Positions 31,928 to 41,858 of a stretch of DNA of 64,000 nucleotides are shown here, in pieces. The DNA comes from Verrucomicrobiia bacterium (GTDB taxonomy: Bacteria; Verrucomicrobiota; Verrucomicrobiia; Limisphaerales; UBA1319): positions 3,104,001 to 3,168,000 of the forward strand of contig OY760937.1 of assembly GCA_963664225.1 (NCBI GenBank), read 5' to 3'. Within the stretch, counting starts at the first letter, position 1, and every line of letters starts with the position of its first letter. The position numbers and the translations under genes were made by a program. The notes under the pieces were generated by a model. It did not search any database. It was not told the origin of the DNA and was given only the letters and a program-made list of their open reading frames with translations.

Positions 31928-32491
31928 TCAGTTTGCAGCCGGTTTCGATGCCTCGGGTGCCCGGTCAGCCAATCTTGTCCGCGCGCCGCGAACGACGGTC
32001 TGGAAAATAAGCGGGGCGGCGGGGCGGTCGAAACGCTGGGTGATGGTTTGATAGAATTCGCGGGCGTGGGTGTGACGTCCGGCGTCCCAGAGCATGTCAC
32101 CACCTGCTTTAAGGGCCTGGAGGGTATCCCATTCCTGCGCGGGGTAACGCTGACCCACGCTGCGGTAGTGTTCTGCGGCCTCATCGAGGCGGCCCTGGGC
32201 GACGCGAACATTTCCAAGGCTTCTGAGGGCCTGCGCACACCAGACGGTTTGCGCGGGATGGTCCTTGAGCACTTTTTGATAGCCCGCCGCGGCCTGTTCC
32301 AGGAGGCGGGTCCGTGCTTCGCCGCTGGCCTCCGCGGAAGGCAGGTGATACTGCCTCACGGTGGTATTGAACAATTCCCGTGCGGCGGCTTCGTCCTGTG
32401 CTGGGGTGAGCGCCGGACCCCCACAACCCGTGAAAGTCCACACCAGAAAACAGAGGCAGAGGAATGCCAGTATCCGATTATTTCGTAACAT
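31928..32491 (-). CDS. TPR-containing lipoprotein
   Basis: Lipobox-like FTGC; helical TPR-like repeats; start overlaps the end of the upstream DUF4139 gene. Confidence 0.75.
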   Translation of the reverse strand: MLRNNRILAFLCLCFLVWTFTGCGGPALTPAQDEAAARELFNTTVRQYHLPSAEASGEARTRLLEQAAAGYQKVLKDHPAQTVWCAQALRSLGNVRVAQGRLDEAAEHYRSVGQRYPAQEWDTLQALKAGGDMLWDAGRHTHAREFYQTITQRFDRPAAPLIFQTVVRGARTRLADRAPEASKPAAN

Positions 32492-33818
32492 TGGCGCCAT
32501 AACGTGTGGTTAGGTCGTAAGTGAAGGTGCGTTGTTCGCGGGACTTGAGAGGGATGACAAACTTGACCTTGTTGGCGTCCACTTTTTCATTGGGCGCCTG
32601 GGTGTCGATGGACCAGTCCCCGGTGAAGTTGCGCCGGATATCCAGTGTGATGTCGATGTCCTTGGAGTTGCGCACCTCGAATTGCCAGGTTTCCTTGGTG
32701 GTCCAGCCGGAAACGTTGCCCTTGTCATCGAACCGGATATCGGATTTTTCCCAGTTCATCAGCACGGGTTTGACGAGCACCTCCTGATCCGCGCCCAATT
32801 CGAGGTCCACCTGCTCGTTGATCGGGATGTATTTGACTGAAGTGCCGCCAGTATATGCGTAAAGGCGGTCTTCACCGAGAACACGGAAAGCCTTGACCGC
32901 GCCGTCCGGCAGCGGTTCCTTGCCGAGCTTGCTCTTGGTGTCGTTCTTGAACCGGTAAAACCGCACCACCTGGTCGTTCCACTGTTCCTTCTCGAACTTG
33001 TAGTAGCTGGCAATGGGCACTTCATCGGCCTTGAAGGATGGCAGGCGCTTGGACCAGCCGTTGGGAATGGTGTCGCTGCCAACCACCGTGTACATGAAGT
33101 ATTCAGAGAGGCCTTCCTTGACGATATCCTTGGCTTTGAGGCTGTCGAAGGCGAAGGCCAACCTCCGATTTCCACCGCCAAAGCCCGGTTTTACTTTCCC
33201 GCTCTCCGACTTCATTAGGGCTTCTTTCATTTCACGGTTCGCTTCGAAACCAAAATCCTGCGGCCGAAAGTTCTGCGCCAACTGCGAAATATCCTCCACA
33301 AGCCGAACGACGCCCACGATCAGTCGCACCTGGGCATTCTCGTAATCCTCACCGCTGTTGTTGGTCACGCGCACCGCCCCGGACAGGGCCATCATTTTCT
33401 CATCGCGAGTGGCCTCGGCCACATAATCCGCCGACCACGTAATGCCACTGGTGAAGTAACGAATCTCCACCTCCACTTCCCCGGCGAACTCGCTCTGGAT
33501 GCGCCACTCTAGAGTATTGGTTACACGCGGCGGGAAACTCGCGTCGAGGACGTCCACGGCATCGGCGTGGGTGAGCGCTCGAAACTCCACCGACGTGGGA
33601 TCAATCAACGTGTTTGCCCAGGAAAACTCGAGATGGTTCAATCCTTTGCGCAATGTCAGGATGCGCGTCTCCTTGACCAGTGTCAGATCGGCGGAATTGT
33701 AGATGGTCAGTTTGGTGGAATCGCGTCCGGGTAGCGTGACTACGTTGATGCGCGCATGGCCCGTGGCGGCCGTGAGCAGGCCAACCCCCAACAGGATCCA
33801 TGGCAATTTGGTTTTCAT
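32478..33818 (-). CDS. DUF4139-family secreted protein
   Basis: Signal peptide; LTIYNSADLTLVKETR, ITWSADY, VTNNSGEDYENAQVRLIVG, PLPDGAV. Confidence 0.8.
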   Translation of the reverse strand: MKTKLPWILLGVGLLTAATGHARINVVTLPGRDSTKLTIYNSADLTLVKETRILTLRKGLNHLEFSWANTLIDPTSVEFRALTHADAVDVLDASFPPRVTNTLEWRIQSEFAGEVEVEIRYFTSGITWSADYVAEATRDEKMMALSGAVRVTNNSGEDYENAQVRLIVGVVRLVEDISQLAQNFRPQDFGFEANREMKEALMKSESGKVKPGFGGGNRRLAFAFDSLKAKDIVKEGLSEYFMYTVVGSDTIPNGWSKRLPSFKADEVPIASYYKFEKEQWNDQVVRFYRFKNDTKSKLGKEPLPDGAVKAFRVLGEDRLYAYTGGTSVKYIPINEQVDLELGADQEVLVKPVLMNWEKSDIRFDDKGNVSGWTTKETWQFEVRNSKDIDITLDIRRNFTGDWSIDTQAPNEKVDANKVKFVIPLKSREQRTFTYDLTTRYGANVTK

Positions 33819-34008
33819 AACAATCAATCATTCCCGATCGCAATGGACCGGCGCATTTCAAGGAATTAGACGGGCTCCCGAAAAATATCCTCCGCAAAAT
33901 ATACCGCGCTGAGGTGGCCACCCCATCACCAGAGTGGAACGGTGACAGAGAGCAAAATACTTTGCCCGCGCAACGCCGGTTGACGCTGCGCGGGCTGAGC
34001 ATGGGTTC

Positions 34009-37000
34009 TTAATGTATCTCCGAAACCGCTGTGGTCCGCAGTGTGACCGGTCCAATCAGGCCGGATTCCTGGAGTTGGTCATCCTTTTTCCAGAGCCTCC
34101 AACTCGTGAAGGTAAGGCGGCCAGTGGGACTGGGCTTCCCATCGTTGACCCACTGTGGCCACCCCTTGAGCGTGCCGTCGCCGTTGCGCTGGCTGTCTTC
34201 GGGTAGTTGCTCGTCGCCGATCAGGCGGTTGATCCAGAGGTTGACAACCTTCACTTCGAGCACATTTTCGCCTGGCTTCAGGGCATTTGTAACCTCCACA
34301 CGGAACGGAGGTTTCCAGAGGATGCCCAAGTCGTGGCCGTTCAATTTGACTTCCGCCATCACGGCAACCTTGCCCAGATCGAGGAAGAGACGGTTGAGGC
34401 TTGAGGGTTGCGAGCTCAGGGTAAAGGTCTTCCGATAACTCGCCGTCCCGGAGTAGTAGCGGATGCCCTCTTCGGAACGCTTGGACCAATCCTCAAGCGG
34501 GTCGAAGGTCGCGCTTTCAGGGCCGCCCCACTTGGGATCAAAGCGCACCTCCCATGGGCCGGTCAATTCCATCGATTGCGGAATAGTCTCCACTTTCACC
34601 TTTTGCACCTGACCGGAGGCGCTCACGAGTTCGTATTCGCCTGGCTCGCGGGCTTCCAATTGGGCGTGCCCCTGCGCGTCGCACCGGACTTGCACAACCG
34701 CGCCCGGTGGCACGGGCCCGGTGACAAAATCCACCATGTCCGGATCCGTGCCGGTCAGGTGGAGGCGTTTGCCGTTGAGCGTGTATTCCACATCGAGTGT
34801 TTTTATCAGGCCAAAAGCCGGATCATCGCCCGCCGCCATGCGCGCAACGAGGAAACTGCTTTCCCCGGCATCCAGGAGGCGCTGCAGCTTTTCCCGCACG
34901 TCGCGAGTCCGCTTCGGATCGCCCAGCACGCCGTAGCGCGCCACCTCCACCCGCGCGCCGACCGCGTTGCGCCCCAGAAGGACCGTGTCTCCATCGCGCC
35001 ATTTCCCGGTAAACGACTGCCCGTCGATGCTGTAATCGACCTCGAGCGTCTTTACCACATTCAGGGCGGGATCGTCTCCATCGGCCATCGCGGTAACGGG
35101 AAAGCTATGGTCGAACGCGTCGGCTTTGACCTGCACTTTTGCCGTCACGTCGCGCGTGCGCTGCGGGTCGTTCAGCACTCCGTAGCGCGCCTGGCGCACG
35201 GTGATCTTCAACGGCGGTTCCTGTCCGGCCGTGAGAAGCGTCTTTCCTGCGCGGCGCACCTGCGCGATGGGGTCGCCGTCTCCTGAGCGTTCGCGGAAAA
35301 TTACGAACACGGAGCCATTCGGCCCCAGCGTCAGCGAAACACGGGTGACTCCGTCTTTCACTTCATGCACTCCGGCGCGTTCCGTAAGCCCCGTTTCTGG
35401 CGACCAAAACTCCGGAACCTTGCCTGACACGCGGAAGGCGCATGTGGCGGTGGTTTCGAACGGCTGGCCGTTGGCCACGAAATAAATCTCCGCGTCGCCG
35501 CTGCTGCGGTGGATGAAGCGCCACGGCTGGCCGCAGACGAAATCGGGTTGCACCCCGCTTTGTTGCAGAACCTTTTCGACCGCCAGTCCCCAGACGATGC
35601 GCCCCTTTCCAAAGGCATGTTCCTTCACCCCCTGGCCGTCGCAATCGCCCCAAAGCTCGGCGCCCAACTTTTGCACTTCCTCGTCGCACTGCGGATGGCC
35701 GCTCAAGCTCGGTGACTTCAGCGGGCGGGGGCCGACCACCGTGGCCCCGGCTTCGACGAGTTCCTTGAGCTTGCGCAGCAACCGCGGCGTCATCGTCCGC
35801 GCGTCTGACAGGGCCAGCAGACGGTAACTCATGCCATCCGGCAACACGATGCGCCCATCGCGCACGGACATTCGCGTCATCACAGCGTCATCGGTGCATT
35901 CATCCCAGTCGTAGCCGTTGCGCGAATGGTTGCCAAAACCCATCGGCGGGGCTTCCGCCTGGAGATGGCAGACATCCGCGACGAACAATCCCTGCCGCAG
36001 TAAAAACTGGCAGCGCGCCAGATACTCGTGCCACGCGCGCGATTGCTCCCACCAGGTCTGCGTGCGCTCGTAATGCTGGCCCCACGGCCCCATCGTCATG
36101 CCCGGACGGTAGTCGGCCCACGGCTGCATGGCGTAGCGATGAAAGACGAAGCGGTTGATGCCCTCGCAGAACGCGCGGTCGCCCAGCGACTTCAACAAGG
36201 CCGGATGCTCGCGCCACCGTTCCTGGTCCCCCGACGTGAAGGCTTCCGCTCCGATGATCGGTTTGCCATAGACGTGACCCGCCGAGGCCATGCCGCGGCA
36301 GGTTTCCATCGAACCGCCGCCCGGGGTCCAGAACTCGCCCATCGGCTCATCGGCCTGGCCGCCATAGGGAATGTAGTCGCAAGGGCTGCCATAGGCTTCG
36401 CAGGTGAAGCGCATTGCGTTCGCGTTGGCCAGCCCGTGGAACCGGCCCGCATAGTTCTCGATCACCAGCTCGGAAACCGTGCGCCGCACGTCCCAGAGAA
36501 ACCGCTCCGACACTTCGAGGCTGCTCACGACACGCCCGGTGAATACCGGCAGGAACGGCGTCAAATCATAGCCGTGCCGCTGCTGGAACTCTTCCCGCAT
36601 CTTTGCGGTCCAGTTCTGCGAACCGTTCTCCCAACTGTCAATGTGTGTGGCCACCAGGCCGCCCGGCGTGCGCTGCGCCGTGATGCCCGTGTCGCCCGCC
36701 AGCCTGGCCATCATGCCGTTGAAATTCGCCTCGATACCTTCCTTGCTGAGCTTGTCGCATTCGAGGCCGCGACCCGTCATCGGCGCAGGCGCGTTTTCAG
36801 CGCCGGTGCTCGTGTGGCCAATGCGCAGAATCGTCCACTCTCCCGCTGGCACATCCCAAACCAGTCGCCCGTTTGCATCCATCCACGCGGCCAGGTTGGT
36901 GATCGCATTCTGGCCGATGATCGATTTCTCCGTCAGTTCACCCTTCCCTGGCTTGCGGCCGCGAAAATTCTGGAACGCAGCCTTGGACTCGATCCCCGGT

Positions 37001-37608
37001 ATGCGGTAGTCATCCATTGCTGGAAACGCCTGCACCGCGATGTCGCGGTAATACTTCGCGGTTGCCACTGGCTGCGCGAGCTCGCCCTCAAAGTGGAGCG
37101 GGCCGGCGACGTTGGTTTCCGTCCACGTCACTTCCTGCATGGATTGCTCGGGTTTGATCCACGGCCCGCCGCTGCCGTTCCAGCCGGCATCGTCGTTCAT
37201 GTTAATTTCCAGATCCAACCGGTTCGCCTCGGCGTGGACATGGCGGAACAAGTCTCGCCATGCCGGCCCCATGAAATCCATCGGTCCAACCGGCGCGCCC
37301 TGGTCTACTTCCATGATCAATCCGCCACCAATCCCAACGCGCTTCATCGCTTCGAGGTCGGCGGTAATACCATTGCTGGTAATGTTGCCGTTGAGCCAGA
37401 ACCAATACACCCACGGGCGCGCGGAATCAGGCGGGCGCGTGAAACCTTTCTCCAGATCGGAAACCGGCTCGGCGGCCAGCACCGTGGCTCCGAGGACCAT
37501 AAGGGCAATGGTGCTGAGCTTGATAATGGATGGGAATTTGCTTTTGCAGCGCTCCCGGATTTTGGTCGCTGCCCGGGTGAAGGAGGATTGGTTTTCGCTC
37601 GCTCTCAT
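34009..37608 (-). CDS. Alpha-L-rhamnosidase (GH106) with two inserted lectin-like repeats
   Basis: RPWVYWFWLNGN, ITADLEAMKRVGIGG, HIDSWE, AEAFT, GINRFVFH, C-terminal NRLIGD...ESGLIGPV; start codon uncertain. Confidence 0.9.
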   Translation of the reverse strand: MRASENQSSFTRAATKIRERCKSKFPSIIKLSTIALMVLGATVLAAEPVSDLEKGFTRPPDSARPWVYWFWLNGNITSNGITADLEAMKRVGIGGGLIMEVDQGAPVGPMDFMGPAWRDLFRHVHAEANRLDLEINMNDDAGWNGSGGPWIKPEQSMQEVTWTETNVAGPLHFEGELAQPVATAKYYRDIAVQAFPAMDDYRIPGIESKAAFQNFRGRKPGKGELTEKSIIGQNAITNLAAWMDANGRLVWDVPAGEWTILRIGHTSTGAENAPAPMTGRGLECDKLSKEGIEANFNGMMARLAGDTGITAQRTPGGLVATHIDSWENGSQNWTAKMREEFQQRHGYDLTPFLPVFTGRVVSSLEVSERFLWDVRRTVSELVIENYAGRFHGLANANAMRFTCEAYGSPCDYIPYGGQADEPMGEFWTPGGGSMETCRGMASAGHVYGKPIIGAEAFTSGDQERWREHPALLKSLGDRAFCEGINRFVFHRYAMQPWADYRPGMTMGPWGQHYERTQTWWEQSRAWHEYLARCQFLLRQGLFVADVCHLQAEAPPMGFGNHSRNGYDWDECTDDAVMTRMSVRDGRIVLPDGMSYRLLALSDARTMTPRLLRKLKELVEAGATVVGPRPLKSPSLSGHPQCDEEVQKLGAELWGDCDGQGVKEHAFGKGRIVWGLAVEKVLQQSGVQPDFVCGQPWRFIHRSSGDAEIYFVANGQPFETTATCAFRVSGKVPEFWSPETGLTERAGVHEVKDGVTRVSLTLGPNGSVFVIFRERSGDGDPIAQVRRAGKTLLTAGQEPPLKITVRQARYGVLNDPQRTRDVTAKVQVKADAFDHSFPVTAMADGDDPALNVVKTLEVDYSIDGQSFTGKWRDGDTVLLGRNAVGARVEVARYGVLGDPKRTRDVREKLQRLLDAGESSFLVARMAAGDDPAFGLIKTLDVEYTLNGKRLHLTGTDPDMVDFVTGPVPPGAVVQVRCDAQGHAQLEAREPGEYELVSASGQVQKVKVETIPQSMELTGPWEVRFDPKWGGPESATFDPLEDWSKRSEEGIRYYSGTASYRKTFTLSSQPSSLNRLFLDLGKVAVMAEVKLNGHDLGILWKPPFRVEVTNALKPGENVLEVKVVNLWINRLIGDEQLPEDSQRNGDGTLKGWPQWVNDGKPSPTGRLTFTSWRLWKKDDQLQESGLIGPVTLRTTAVSEIH

Positions 37609-37688
37609 TTCGATTGGCACCGTGCCAGACCGGATCGAGGCGTCAAGTGTCAAGTTTCGCTGTGGTGCTCCGGTGAACCGGAAGGTGT

Positions 37689-39194
37689 CTACTGGCTTCT
37701 GATACGAAAGTAACCATTCGAATTCAGAATTGGAACCGTCACGAACTGAGCGCTGGTGGTGAACGCCGGTCTCCAGGATGGGGGAATGCCAGCGGTTTGC
37801 TCCACCACATATGCGGACGATTGGGCTGTCCAGTTCAGGTTGAGATTGGTTCCAAAGCGGGCTGCCGAGACCGTCAAGCCGACCGTCACCACCGCTACAT
37901 CGTAACTGACGGCATGAACGCCATCGTCAGCGCTCAGAAGCAGCGTATAGACGCCTGGCGCGCTAAAAGCGGCCGTGGTGTTGGTTTGCGAAGAATTGTC
38001 AAAAGTGACCGTCCCGGGACCGGAATAGGCGCGCCACTGCACCCCGGGTACCGCCGCGCTGAAGGAAACATATCCGCGCAAACTGGCCAGGGCACCTGAG
38101 GATACAACTTGATTCCCACCTGCATGGGAAACAGGACCGCCGGGTGAACGGGGACCCGCTGTAGGACCCGTGGTCTGGATGACTTCAAAATTGGTGATTC
38201 CAATCGTGGAAAGATGATCGAAAGCTCCCGCAGGCCAGCGATTGTCCGGGGTGACGGATATGGAAAAGAAATTGCCGTTATCGGCCACAATCGCGCCGTA
38301 CTTCTTGAAAGCCAGCAGGACCGCCTTCTCTTCTCTGGTCCATTGGGAGGGAATGGAGAAGTTGGATTTGAGCCGCAGCCGCTGGCCCATGGAGGGCACG
38401 TTGGTTTGGGAAGCAGCCGTCGTGGAAGCGTAATGGGTGGCCGGATAGAGGTATTCCTTGCGCGTACGTTTGACGACCAACCGCATCGCATGCTCGACCA
38501 TTCCCCGCTGGCACTCGTCATAACGGACCAGGGCGGGAAACATCGGCAGCCCGGCCGCGTCTCCGGAAGTCCACCCCGCCGGACGCAAATTATTGCTGTT
38601 TAAATCGAACTTCGCCCCATTGGAAGCTTCCCAATTGGAGCCCACCAGCTTCGCCTGCCACATCTCACGGATCAAGCCCGTGCCCGGCTGCACAAGGATC
38701 GCGTGGCGGTCCCCGCCTATGTTTGAAACATCCTGTTGCCACTGCACCAGGGTCTGGCTGCCGGTCCCCAAGGGCCAGGTCTCAATCGGCATGTTGGAGG
38801 GGATTGGGTAGGGGCCGGGATCGGATTCGTCGGGATAATCGACAAAATCGACGGGCACCGGCGATTGATTGTCGGGCACGAGAACAAAATTCATTTCAAA
38901 AAACGGCCTCAATGTCTGACGAGAGGCGGCGAGGTCGTTCGTGATTTGAGATATCATCGCGGCGGAATTGGCCAGGAGGGGTCGCCGGGAGATGTCCTCA
39001 TTCCATGCACTCGTGACTGGAAATATTTGCATGGCGCCCACCACGGCATCCGCCTCCGCCGTGTTGAAAAGTATTGATTGGGTAACCACGGGGACATCCC
39101 CCAGGATGCGTCCCTCCTGATTGATGCGCGTTGCAGCGCATGCTGAGGCGATGACCCATCCGCCGGCCAACGCCAATGCAATGCTGAATCTCAT
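37689..39194 (-). CDS. Conserved hypothetical secreted protein with PKD/Ig-like domain and C-terminal YFRI domain
   Basis: Signal peptide; YPDESDPGPYPIP, GDRH, WTSGDAAGLP, KKYGAIVADNG motifs; Ig-like FSAPGVYTLLLSADDG. Confidence 0.8.
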   Translation of the reverse strand: MRFSIALALAGGWVIASACAATRINQEGRILGDVPVVTQSILFNTAEADAVVGAMQIFPVTSAWNEDISRRPLLANSAAMISQITNDLAASRQTLRPFFEMNFVLVPDNQSPVPVDFVDYPDESDPGPYPIPSNMPIETWPLGTGSQTLVQWQQDVSNIGGDRHAILVQPGTGLIREMWQAKLVGSNWEASNGAKFDLNSNNLRPAGWTSGDAAGLPMFPALVRYDECQRGMVEHAMRLVVKRTRKEYLYPATHYASTTAASQTNVPSMGQRLRLKSNFSIPSQWTREEKAVLLAFKKYGAIVADNGNFFSISVTPDNRWPAGAFDHLSTIGITNFEVIQTTGPTAGPRSPGGPVSHAGGNQVVSSGALASLRGYVSFSAAVPGVQWRAYSGPGTVTFDNSSQTNTTAAFSAPGVYTLLLSADDGVHAVSYDVAVVTVGLTVSAARFGTNLNLNWTAQSSAYVVEQTAGIPPSWRPAFTTSAQFVTVPILNSNGYFRIRSQ

Positions 39195-39577
39195 GGGCAG
39201 AACAGGAGCAAAATATGAGCCAATGTGGCTTGCGACAAGACTCTTGATGCTTCCGGAGCCACTCGCACGACAACCGATACAGAATTTTGCGTTCTTGCCG
39301 CGCTATGCAGGGTAATTCAAACGGATAATCCGGGTTGCGCTTGTTTTCGGCCAGTCGTGCGGCGGCGACCGGGCTCAATTTCGGCTCAACCTGCACGTCC
39401 AATTGTACAAACTGGACAGACAGATGCCCACCGGGAGTTAATGCAAGGACATGTGACATGATGCGCGGACCAGACTATCACCATTCCCCAATGCAGCATC
39501 TGTTTCAAAAAGCTGGCGAGCTTGCCTGTGCGTTTTTCCTTATTTAGCGTTTTTTTATCTAAACGGATCCTTCCTTC

Positions 39578-39901
39578 TCAATGGCTGCCACCAGCCAGGT
39601 TGATCATCACGATGCCCACGATTACCAAGGCGATTCCCGCGCATTTAAGCAGTGAGTACGATTCGTGAAAAATCAGGATGCCGATCACGGCGATGATGGC
39701 GGTCCCCAAGCCGGACCAAATTGCATAGGCCACGCTGATATCCCATTGCTTGAGCGCCAGCGCCAGCGCCCCGAGGCTCCCAATATAGAGGACAAACATG
39801 GCCACCGTGGGCACGGGACGGGTCATCCCGAGCGAAAGTTTCATGCAGGTGGTGCCACAAATCTCCAACAAGATGGCCGTTAACAATAAAACCCATTTCA
39901 T
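39578..39901 (-). CDS. SMR/DMT small multidrug efflux protein (QacE/EmrE-like)
   Basis: Conserved TM1 Glu (AILLEICGT), MKLS, AYAIWSGLG; 4 TMs. Confidence 0.92.
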   Translation of the reverse strand: MKWVLLLTAILLEICGTTCMKLSLGMTRPVPTVAMFVLYIGSLGALALALKQWDISVAYAIWSGLGTAIIAVIGILIFHESYSLLKCAGIALVIVGIVMINLAGGSH

Positions 39902-40111
39902 ATCGCACAGTTTAAACCGCAATTCTCTGATTGCCAACATCACGCAGGGCGCATAGTCTGCCCGTCAAGCTCGACATTAGAGCGGTGTCGGTGTCAGAAA
40001 GACAGAATGTCAGTGATCTAACAAAAGTTGACAATAAATTGGCATCCCGCGGTCCTGCAGGTGCAGAATCCAACGCGCTGTCTCGGAGCCTCAAATCACA
40101 ATCCAAGTATC

Positions 40112-40435
40112 ATGAACGAGTCCAAACTCTTTGTGGGCAATCTCTCCTACGAAACCCAGGAACACGACCTGCAGGATTACTTCGCCCAGGCCGGCAATGT
40201 GACCACGGTCACACTCATGCTCGACAAATTCTCAGGCAAATCCCGCGGATTCGCCTTTGTCGAATTCGCCTCGGCGGAAGAAGCCGCCAAGGCCGTCGAG
40301 CAATTCAATCAAAAGGAATTCCAGGGCCGTCAGTTGACGGTCAATATCGCCCGTCCCCGCGAAGACCGCCCCCCACGTTCCAGCGGTGGCAATTCGCGGT
40401 ACCGCGACGAGCGCCCGAATTATCGCAACGAGTAA
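40112..40435 (+). CDS. RRM RNA-binding protein
   Basis: RNP2 LFVGNL, RNP1 RGFAFVEF, VNIARPRE. Confidence 0.93.
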   Translation: MNESKLFVGNLSYETQEHDLQDYFAQAGNVTTVTLMLDKFSGKSRGFAFVEFASAEEAAKAVEQFNQKEFQGRQLTVNIARPREDRPPRSSGGNSRYRDERPNYRNE

Positions 40436-40455
40436 TTCATCCAAAATTCAAAACG

Positions 40456-40499
40456 AATACCGCGCTATGGGCGCGCGCAAACGCGCTCATAGCGGTATT
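40456..40499. terminator. Stem-loop between convergent genes
   Basis: cgctatgggcgcg...cgcgctcatagcg flanked by aatac/gtatt. Confidence 0.5.
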
Positions 40500-40861
40500 T
40501 GATCTGGTTTTCGCATCGTCCTGGCCCGCCCCGCAATGGCCCGCCAGCCATCCCATACGTGCATCAATGCCCAGACGGGATGTCTCAATAGCATCCGCGG
40601 CCCGGCATAGCGCATGACTTGTTTGATTTCCTCTCGTTGTCTGGGGCCGTAGCAATGCACAGGGCAGCGGGCACAGGTCGGCTTCTCCGCGCCAAAACGG
40701 CAGCGCGCCAGTCGTTCAGCCGCATACGCCGCCAATGAGCCGCACGCGGCGCAGAGTTCGCCCTGCGTTCCATGCTGATCGTGGCAATAAAGATCGAACA
40801 AGGCCGCCACAGTCCTGCGCTCGCGAATCAGGCGGGAGGCCTGGGATAATTCCGTACTCAT
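40487..40861 (-). CDS. Nitrous-oxide-stimulated promoter family protein (YgbA-like)
   Basis: YCHDQH, CAAC, RLARCRFGAEKPTCARCPVHCY, MRYAGPRMLLRHP. Confidence 0.88.
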   Translation of the reverse strand: MSTELSQASRLIRERRTVAALFDLYCHDQHGTQGELCAACGSLAAYAAERLARCRFGAEKPTCARCPVHCYGPRQREEIKQVMRYAGPRMLLRHPVWALMHVWDGWRAIAGRARTMRKPDQIPL

Positions 40862-40955
40862 ACCGCCCGTAACCTGCCCCCGGCCGTCTCAAGTCGCCTT
40901 GACCCAGATCAAGCTTTTGCTCTTCGAGGATTCATCCGCTTTTATTGCGGAACGG

Positions 40956-41708
40956 CTATTTGATCGGTGAAAAAACCTCCGGTGCCATGAAGACCGATTC
41001 CACTTTGGTCGTCAAAGGGCCGTTGGTTTCGGAGGCGCTTTTGGCCGCAATCCAATCAGGATCCTTGCGGAAATCCGCGAAAGCCTCGGCCCCGGCTTCC
41101 TTGCTCTTATGCGCCAGGATGTAGATCAGGGTGTTCTCGGGTTTGGTTTCCAACGCGGTCCAATAGCCCACGCTGGTCATGCCGTGTTTGGCGAAGAGGG
41201 CCACGGTATGATCGCGGAACCGGGCTTGGAGCGCGTCGAGTTTGCCCGGCGCGGCGGTGTAGGTCCGCAGTTCAAAGGTGCGGGGAGCGGCTGCGCTCGA
41301 AGGTTTGACCAGCGGCGAGAAGTCCGTGGTTTTCAGAAAATAGGATTCCACCTTGGTGATCAGCCGGCTTTTCGACTCGGTGGCTTTAACGACCTCCTGC
41401 CATTCGGGATCCTTGCCAAATTCGGTCCATGCCTTGGAATGCGCCTCGCGATTCGGACTGGCAATGATGTAGATGATCTTGTTGTCGGGATTCTCCAGTG
41501 GCGTCCAATAACCGATGTTCGTGAAACCGTGTTTTGCAAACAACGCGCAGGTGTGGTCACGGAAGCGGGACTCCAGATCGCCCAACCGGCCCGGAGCCGC
41601 ATAGTAAATCCTCATCTCGTAACAACGGGTATCGGCGTCAGCAGCTGTTAGCCAGCAAGCGGAGGCCGCCAGGACCACAATAGTCAACAGGGTCAGTAAT
41701 GTTTTCAT
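40956..41708 (-). CDS. Exported tandem NIPSNAP-domain protein
   Basis: Signal peptide; two repeats of [YF]E[ML]RxYxAAPG..RFRDHT..LFAKHG..GYW..F.KDP.W. Confidence 0.88.
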   Translation of the reverse strand: MKTLLTLLTIVVLAASACWLTAADADTRCYEMRIYYAAPGRLGDLESRFRDHTCALFAKHGFTNIGYWTPLENPDNKIIYIIASPNREAHSKAWTEFGKDPEWQEVVKATESKSRLITKVESYFLKTTDFSPLVKPSSAAAPRTFELRTYTAAPGKLDALQARFRDHTVALFAKHGMTSVGYWTALETKPENTLIYILAHKSKEAGAEAFADFRKDPDWIAAKSASETNGPLTTKVESVFMAPEVFSPIK

Positions 41709-41858
41709 GATGCGTCACCTATGATCGGCCCGAGGCGCAAAGGCAAATATTTTCTAAGACGATTTGCGTTTATTGAGCTGCCGAACATGGGCTCAAACCG
41801 ATCACCATGACTCCAGATCTGTTATTGAGCCGCCCAGGCGCTCGGAGTAGAATGAGGC

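Noticed and set aside
39397..39418. gtcca-attgtacaaac-tggac imperfect palindrome as an operator
   Set aside because: It is a single asymmetric copy with no regulator nearby, so support is insufficient.
39902..40111. Guanidine riboswitch upstream of the SMR gene
   Set aside because: No twin ACGR-loop hairpins or ykkC-type features are visible, and the protein looks QacE/EmrE-like rather than Gdx-like.
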